Shown: positions 27,900-32,000 of the stretch, piece after piece
Position numbering within the stretch: the stretch's first letter is position 1
Layout: each line of letters opens with the position of its first letter
Source of the DNA: Cylindrospermopsis raciborskii Cr2010
GTDB taxonomy: Bacteria; Cyanobacteriota; Cyanobacteriia; Cyanobacteriales; Nostocaceae
Direction: 5' to 3'
Assembly: GCF_003367075.2 (NCBI RefSeq)
Contig: NZ_CP065936.1
Location: 660,001-692,000 of the forward strand
DNA length: 32,000 nucleotides
The notes under the pieces: model-generated
Seen by the model: the letters and a program-made list of their open reading frames with translations, nothing else
What the model was told of the DNA's origin: nothing
The model's database searches: none
Program-made: the position numbers and the translations under genes

Positions 27900-27952
27900 A
27901 TTCCCTAGCGGAAAGTTTAAGTTGGTTTTAAAACAACTAGTTTAGCCATGGG

Positions 27953-27975
27953 TTGGGTTTAGTTCCTCAACCCAA
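27953..27975. repeat. TTGGGTT hairpin, dispersed repeat copy 3
   Basis: TTGGGTT-TAGTTCCTC-AACCCAA. Confidence 0.5.
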
Positions 27976-28043
27976 GAGGGATTTTTCAATGATTTCGAAT
28001 GCTAGTTCATCCCGCAAATATGCAACGCCAAAAGGAGTAATCT

Positions 28044-29297
28044 ATGGCTCAAATAAAAGTTCAAAACTTCGGACCTATTAAATCAGGACTTGTGGAAAAT
28101 GATGGCTTGGTGGATATTCGTAAAATTACTGTTTTTATTGGTAATCAAGGGACAGGAAAAAGTAGTATTGCAAAATTGATTTCCATGTTTAGTTGGCTGG
28201 AAAAACAATTATACCGAGGTAGTTTAGACGAGAAAGATGTAATATCTCGCAACCGACTTGTGAATATATATTGTAACTATAACAACTTAAAGAAATACTT
28301 TAGATCTGGAACTGAAATAGAATATCGCGGTAGTGCTTATACAATGACTTATGCTGATAGTAAATTAACTATTAATCGCAGTGATAATACTCCTAGGAAA
28401 TATGTGTTACCTAAAATTATGTATATTCCAGCGGAGAGGAATTTTTTCAGTGTAATCAAGAAAGCGGAAAAAGTAAAAGGTTTACCTCTCATGCTGCTTG
28501 ACTTTTTCAAAGAATTGGAAAGGTCTCAACAGGAGTTATCAGAAACTTTAGACTTGCCAGTAGGAAATGTGAAGCTGGAGTTTGATCAAACTAGTCAAAA
28601 TTTAATTCTTAGAGGCGATAACTATAAATTGAATATTTCTGAGGCTTCTAGTGGTTTTCAATCCTTGGTTCCAGCGTTTTTAGTCTCTAGGAATATCGCC
28701 TTGTCTATTAATCAAAATCAAGGTTCTTCTCAAAGCGAACTAAGTGCAGAAGAACAAAAAAGACTCACTACTGAAATACAAGCAATTATCAATGATGAAA
28801 ATTTGTCTAAAGAAGTTAAAAAAGCTGCTTTAGAGTTATTATCTTCCAAGTATAGAAATGAATGTTTTCTTAATATTGTGGAAGAACTTGAACAAAATTT
28901 ATTTCCTACATCACAAAGAGATATATTGTATAAGTTATTGGAATTCGTCAATATTACAGCTGGTAACACACTAATTATGACCACTCATAGTCCTTACATT
29001 ATTGACTATCTTACCTTAGCAATTAAAGCACAGCAAATTTTACAAACTTTTGATAATTTACCGAAGGGAGAGTTTTTAAAAACTAAACTCAAAAATATTG
29101 TTCCTTTGAATTCTTCCATATTTCCAGAAGATTCAATTGTATATGAGCTAACAGATAGTGGAGAAATTAGAAAACTTTCTACCTATGAAGGACTACCTTC
29201 CGATGAAAATTATTTGAATAGTTGTTTAGCAGAAACCAATCGATTTTTCAGTGATTTATTAGAAATTGAGGAAGAAATACTATCATCAGTAGTGTAG
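28044..29297 (+). CDS. AAA family ATPase, RecF/OLD-like N-terminus
   Basis: IKVQNFGPIKSG, Walker A GNQGTGKSS, TLIMTTHSPYIIDYL. No TOPRIM domain evident. Confidence 0.82.
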   Translation: MAQIKVQNFGPIKSGLVENDGLVDIRKITVFIGNQGTGKSSIAKLISMFSWLEKQLYRGSLDEKDVISRNRLVNIYCNYNNLKKYFRSGTEIEYRGSAYTMTYADSKLTINRSDNTPRKYVLPKIMYIPAERNFFSVIKKAEKVKGLPLMLLDFFKELERSQQELSETLDLPVGNVKLEFDQTSQNLILRGDNYKLNISEASSGFQSLVPAFLVSRNIALSINQNQGSSQSELSAEEQKRLTTEIQAIINDENLSKEVKKAALELLSSKYRNECFLNIVEELEQNLFPTSQRDILYKLLEFVNITAGNTLIMTTHSPYIIDYLTLAIKAQQILQTFDNLPKGEFLKTKLKNIVPLNSSIFPEDSIVYELTDSGEIRKLSTYEGLPSDENYLNSCLAETNRFFSDLLEIEEEILSSVV

Positions 29298-30292
29298 AGA
29301 ATTGTGATCGGGGTTAGGTAGTAAATGTACCCTTCCTCAACCTGACCTAGGACGAATCAGTTGGGTAAAATTAGTCGGCTCTTGCGTAGATTTTATGGAT
29401 AGAAAGTAAATTAACAGAAATTAATAGTTGACAATTTTTAGAATCGAGGGCTGAAATACAATAGACACAAAAGTTTACAGATTTTTATGTATGTCTAAAT
29501 ACCGGAAGTGATATAATTATATAATTAGAGATGTACAAATCAAGAATTGACGGAGGTAGTTATGAAATTTCCTATAGAGCAAATCCTCAATCTACCAGAA
29601 ATGAAAATATTAGATTGCCAAGAAATAGAAGGCGCAGGAATAATCATTACAATTGAGAAAGCAGTCAACCACTGTACCTGCCCTAATTGTGGACATATTA
29701 CCCATAGTATACACCAAAACCACTGGCGAATGATACATGATTTACCGTGGAGTGAAAAGCCAGTGTTTTTAAAAATAAATCGTCGTCAATTTAAGTGTCA
29801 TAAGTGTAAAAAAGTGTTTAGTGAAAAACTAGACTTTGTGGACAAAAGTAAAGGATATACAAAAAGATTAGCTACTAACATAGTGGAACAAGTATTGAAT
29901 AGTAACATTTATAGTGTCGCCAAAAGAAACGACCTCAGTGATGAAGAAGTAGAATCAATCTTAAAAAGGCAAGTAGCACAAATACAGAAGATAAATTTAA
30001 GAGGAGTGAAAAGGTTAGGGATAGATGAAATAGCCTTGGTCAAAGGACAAGGAAACTATTTAGCAGTATTGGTAGATTTAGATACTCGAAAACCTATCGA
30101 AATAGTGAAAACAAGAAGGATAGAAGATATACGTGAAGTCCTTACAGGGTGGGGATTAGAGGCACTGGAGCAAATACAAGAAGTGAGTATTGATATGTGG
30201 TCTCCTTACAAAAGTTTGGTAGAAGAATTAATGCCCAATGCTAATATAACAGCAGATAGATTTCATGTAATGAAACAGGTAAATGATGAATT

Positions 30293-31433
30293 AGACATCT
30301 CCGGAAATAGCCAAAGCGTTACCAATACTACTTTTTAAGGTGAGACACCCCAATACAAAAGTAGCTAGCTGGTATGTTAAAATAAGCGTTAGAGATGCCT
30401 CTTGTTGGGAATTAACCAAAAGATAACACCTATCTGAGATAATTTATTTTTAGCCAAGTCCAAATCTTGATAACTAAAATAAGTAGGTTCCCATTCGGAA
30501 ACGAACAAGTCCACAAATAGTCATGATTACCTGTTCATACTTACTTGAATTTAATCGAAATCTTTCTTGTGCCACTCTGAATATTTTCACTACACGAATT
30601 AAATGTTCAACAAAAATTCGTTCGGAAGCTAACTCTTTATTTTTTTCTTTTTGTTCAGACGTTAATTCTTGGTTTTTAGGTTTTTTTGTCGGAGTTTTCA
30701 TTAACTCCTCTCCTTGATAAGCTTTATCACCACTAAATTTTTGTTTTTTATCAAATATATTTCTGGTTTCACGGAATAAATTTACATCACTTTTTGGACC
30801 AGGTTTACCCGCTACTACATCAACAATATCTTTACCATTTGGTAAAACGATTAGTTGACTTTTTCTAGTATGACAGGCTTTTTTACCTGAATAATATTTT
30901 TTTTGTTCTTGGTACTCTCCAGGTCTGTCTATAGGCTGTTCATAGCTATCCACTATTAACTCAAATTCTGTTAATATTTCTTTAACGACTTCGTAATCAC
31001 TGGAGTTTTTTTTTACCTGTTCTAGCAAACTTGGTGGCAATAATTCTCCTATTATTGGCAACCAATAGTTAAAGATATCATTTGCAGTTGTTTCACTTAC
31101 TCCAAATTGAATACCTAGTAGCTGAAATGTTGTTAACTGCCGTAAATATGTTAATGTTAAGATTATTTGCTCCGACGGTGATAATTTGGGTTTGCGCCCT
31201 CCACCGCCTTGAATAATTCGGGTTTTTTTTGATTCAACCAATTGTTGTTTCTGATGATGCAGTTTTATGGCTTTTTCCAAAAGTTGCTGTAACTGCTCAT
31301 ACTTCAGACCCAATAAACGGTGTGATTCGTGAGGATTATTCTGGATATATTCAGATATGTTGCTCATAATAAGTTGCCAAAAATACCATTTCATATTATT
31401 TTATCACACTTTGATTCTTTTTCGGAGATGTCT
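30293..31433 (-). mobile_element. IS5-superfamily-like insertion sequence, 1141 bp
   Basis: TIRs AGACATCTCCGGAAA / AGACATCTCCGAAAA (first 11 bp identical). ATT target duplications at 30290-30292 and 31434-31436. Confidence 0.93.
30474..31394 (-). CDS. IS transposase, HTH_Tnp_4/DDE_Tnp_4-like (IS5 superfamily)
   Basis: SPSEQIILTLTYLRQLTTFQLLGIQFGVSETTANDIFNYWLPII; DSYEQPIDRP; SGDKAYQG. May start at MSNISEY. Confidence 0.88.
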   Translation of the reverse strand: MKWYFWQLIMSNISEYIQNNPHESHRLLGLKYEQLQQLLEKAIKLHHQKQQLVESKKTRIIQGGGGRKPKLSPSEQIILTLTYLRQLTTFQLLGIQFGVSETTANDIFNYWLPIIGELLPPSLLEQVKKNSSDYEVVKEILTEFELIVDSYEQPIDRPGEYQEQKKYYSGKKACHTRKSQLIVLPNGKDIVDVVAGKPGPKSDVNLFRETRNIFDKKQKFSGDKAYQGEELMKTPTKKPKNQELTSEQKEKNKELASERIFVEHLIRVVKIFRVAQERFRLNSSKYEQVIMTICGLVRFRMGTYLF

Positions 31434-32000
31434 ATTAGATAATATGCGTAAAACAGAGAAGAAAGCAGCAACATCTTTACCAAATGAATCAGGAAAAAAG
31501 AGAATATTAGCTGGATTAAATAAAAGTAAATATAGCCTAATTAAAAATGAAGACTCACTCAACGAAGAGCTAAAAGAACGTTTAAAATCAGTCCAGTCAG
31601 TTTCTCCCACTCTAGCCAAGATGCACTCCTTAAAAGAAAAATTCAGAGAAATCTTTGAACTCTCCACAAATTGGGGAGACAGCATCATTGATTTATTAGA
31701 TTGGATGCACGATGCCAAGTCTTTTTTCCCAAAAACTATTGGGACTATGATTAGATGGTTTGGAGAAATAGTCGGTTATTTTGATGGCAGAACTACGAGT
31801 GGTACTGTGGAAGGTATTAATAATAAACTCAAGTTGATTAAACGACTGGGATATGGATTTCGTAACTTCAACAATTTTCGTTTACGCAGTTTATTACACT
31901 GGCACTTTTCTATTAATTCTCCATAAAACAGGCGCAAGAACCAATTAGTCTAAAGTCCAAGTCTTTACCCATGTATCAAATTCAAACTATTCTTTCTATT

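Larger units (their letters stand above)
29562..31926 (+). pseudogene. ISL3-family transposase split by the nested IS (29562-30292 plus 31434-31926)
   Basis: CTCPNCG and CHKC zinc-finger region, GIDEIALVKGQGNY, SIDMWSPY, ADRFHV. Removing 30293-31436 restores VNDELDNMRKTEKK. Confidence 0.93.
29377..31942 (+). mobile_element. ISL3-family insertion sequence, interrupted by a nested IS
   Basis: Imperfect TIRs GGCTCTTGCGTAGATTTTATGG / GGTTCTTGCGCCTGTTTTATGG. Perfect 8-bp target duplications AATTAGTC at 29369-29376 and 31943-31950. Confidence 0.95.

Noticed and set aside
31357-31436. N-terminal part of the 189-aa ORF 31357-31926
   Set aside because: This part is nested-IS sequence. The ORF is really the C-terminal piece of the split ISL3 transposase.

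Overview
This is a cyanobacterial chromosomal window, judged from the HIP1 GCGATCGC motifs and a psbA gene. From left to right it carries: a 5'-truncated Gfo/Idh/MocA oxidoreductase, a DUF3782/nuclease-like protein, a glycosyltransferase and an alpha/beta hydrolase. Next is an apparently decayed C-P lyase (phn) locus with phnF, phnH, a PhnO-like acetyltransferase and phnM intact, followed by relics of an HD-domain phosphonate gene and phnK. Then come an AAA/PD-(D/E)XK-like ATPase, psbA (E130 form), phnC-D-E, a DrrAB-type ABC exporter, ygfZ-like, DUF2214, 1-Cys peroxiredoxin, cysteine synthase and methyltransferase genes. The accessory part is ~22.1-31.95 kb. It has a ~242 bp direct repeat (each copy with a candidate promoter, a 10-bp-stem leader hairpin and a tiny ORF). 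The repeat brackets a second AAA/nuclease-like gene and a probable Panacea (DUF4065) toxin-antitoxin pair. Beyond it lie an apparently truncated devB, an NDH-2, an orphan AAA ATPase, and an ISL3-family IS with 8-bp target duplications. That IS is interrupted by an IS5-superfamily-like IS with a 3-bp target duplication. A 141-bp solo end of the nested IS sits in inverted orientation beside the right-hand direct repeat. All family calls are from sequence recognition by eye. No database search was run.
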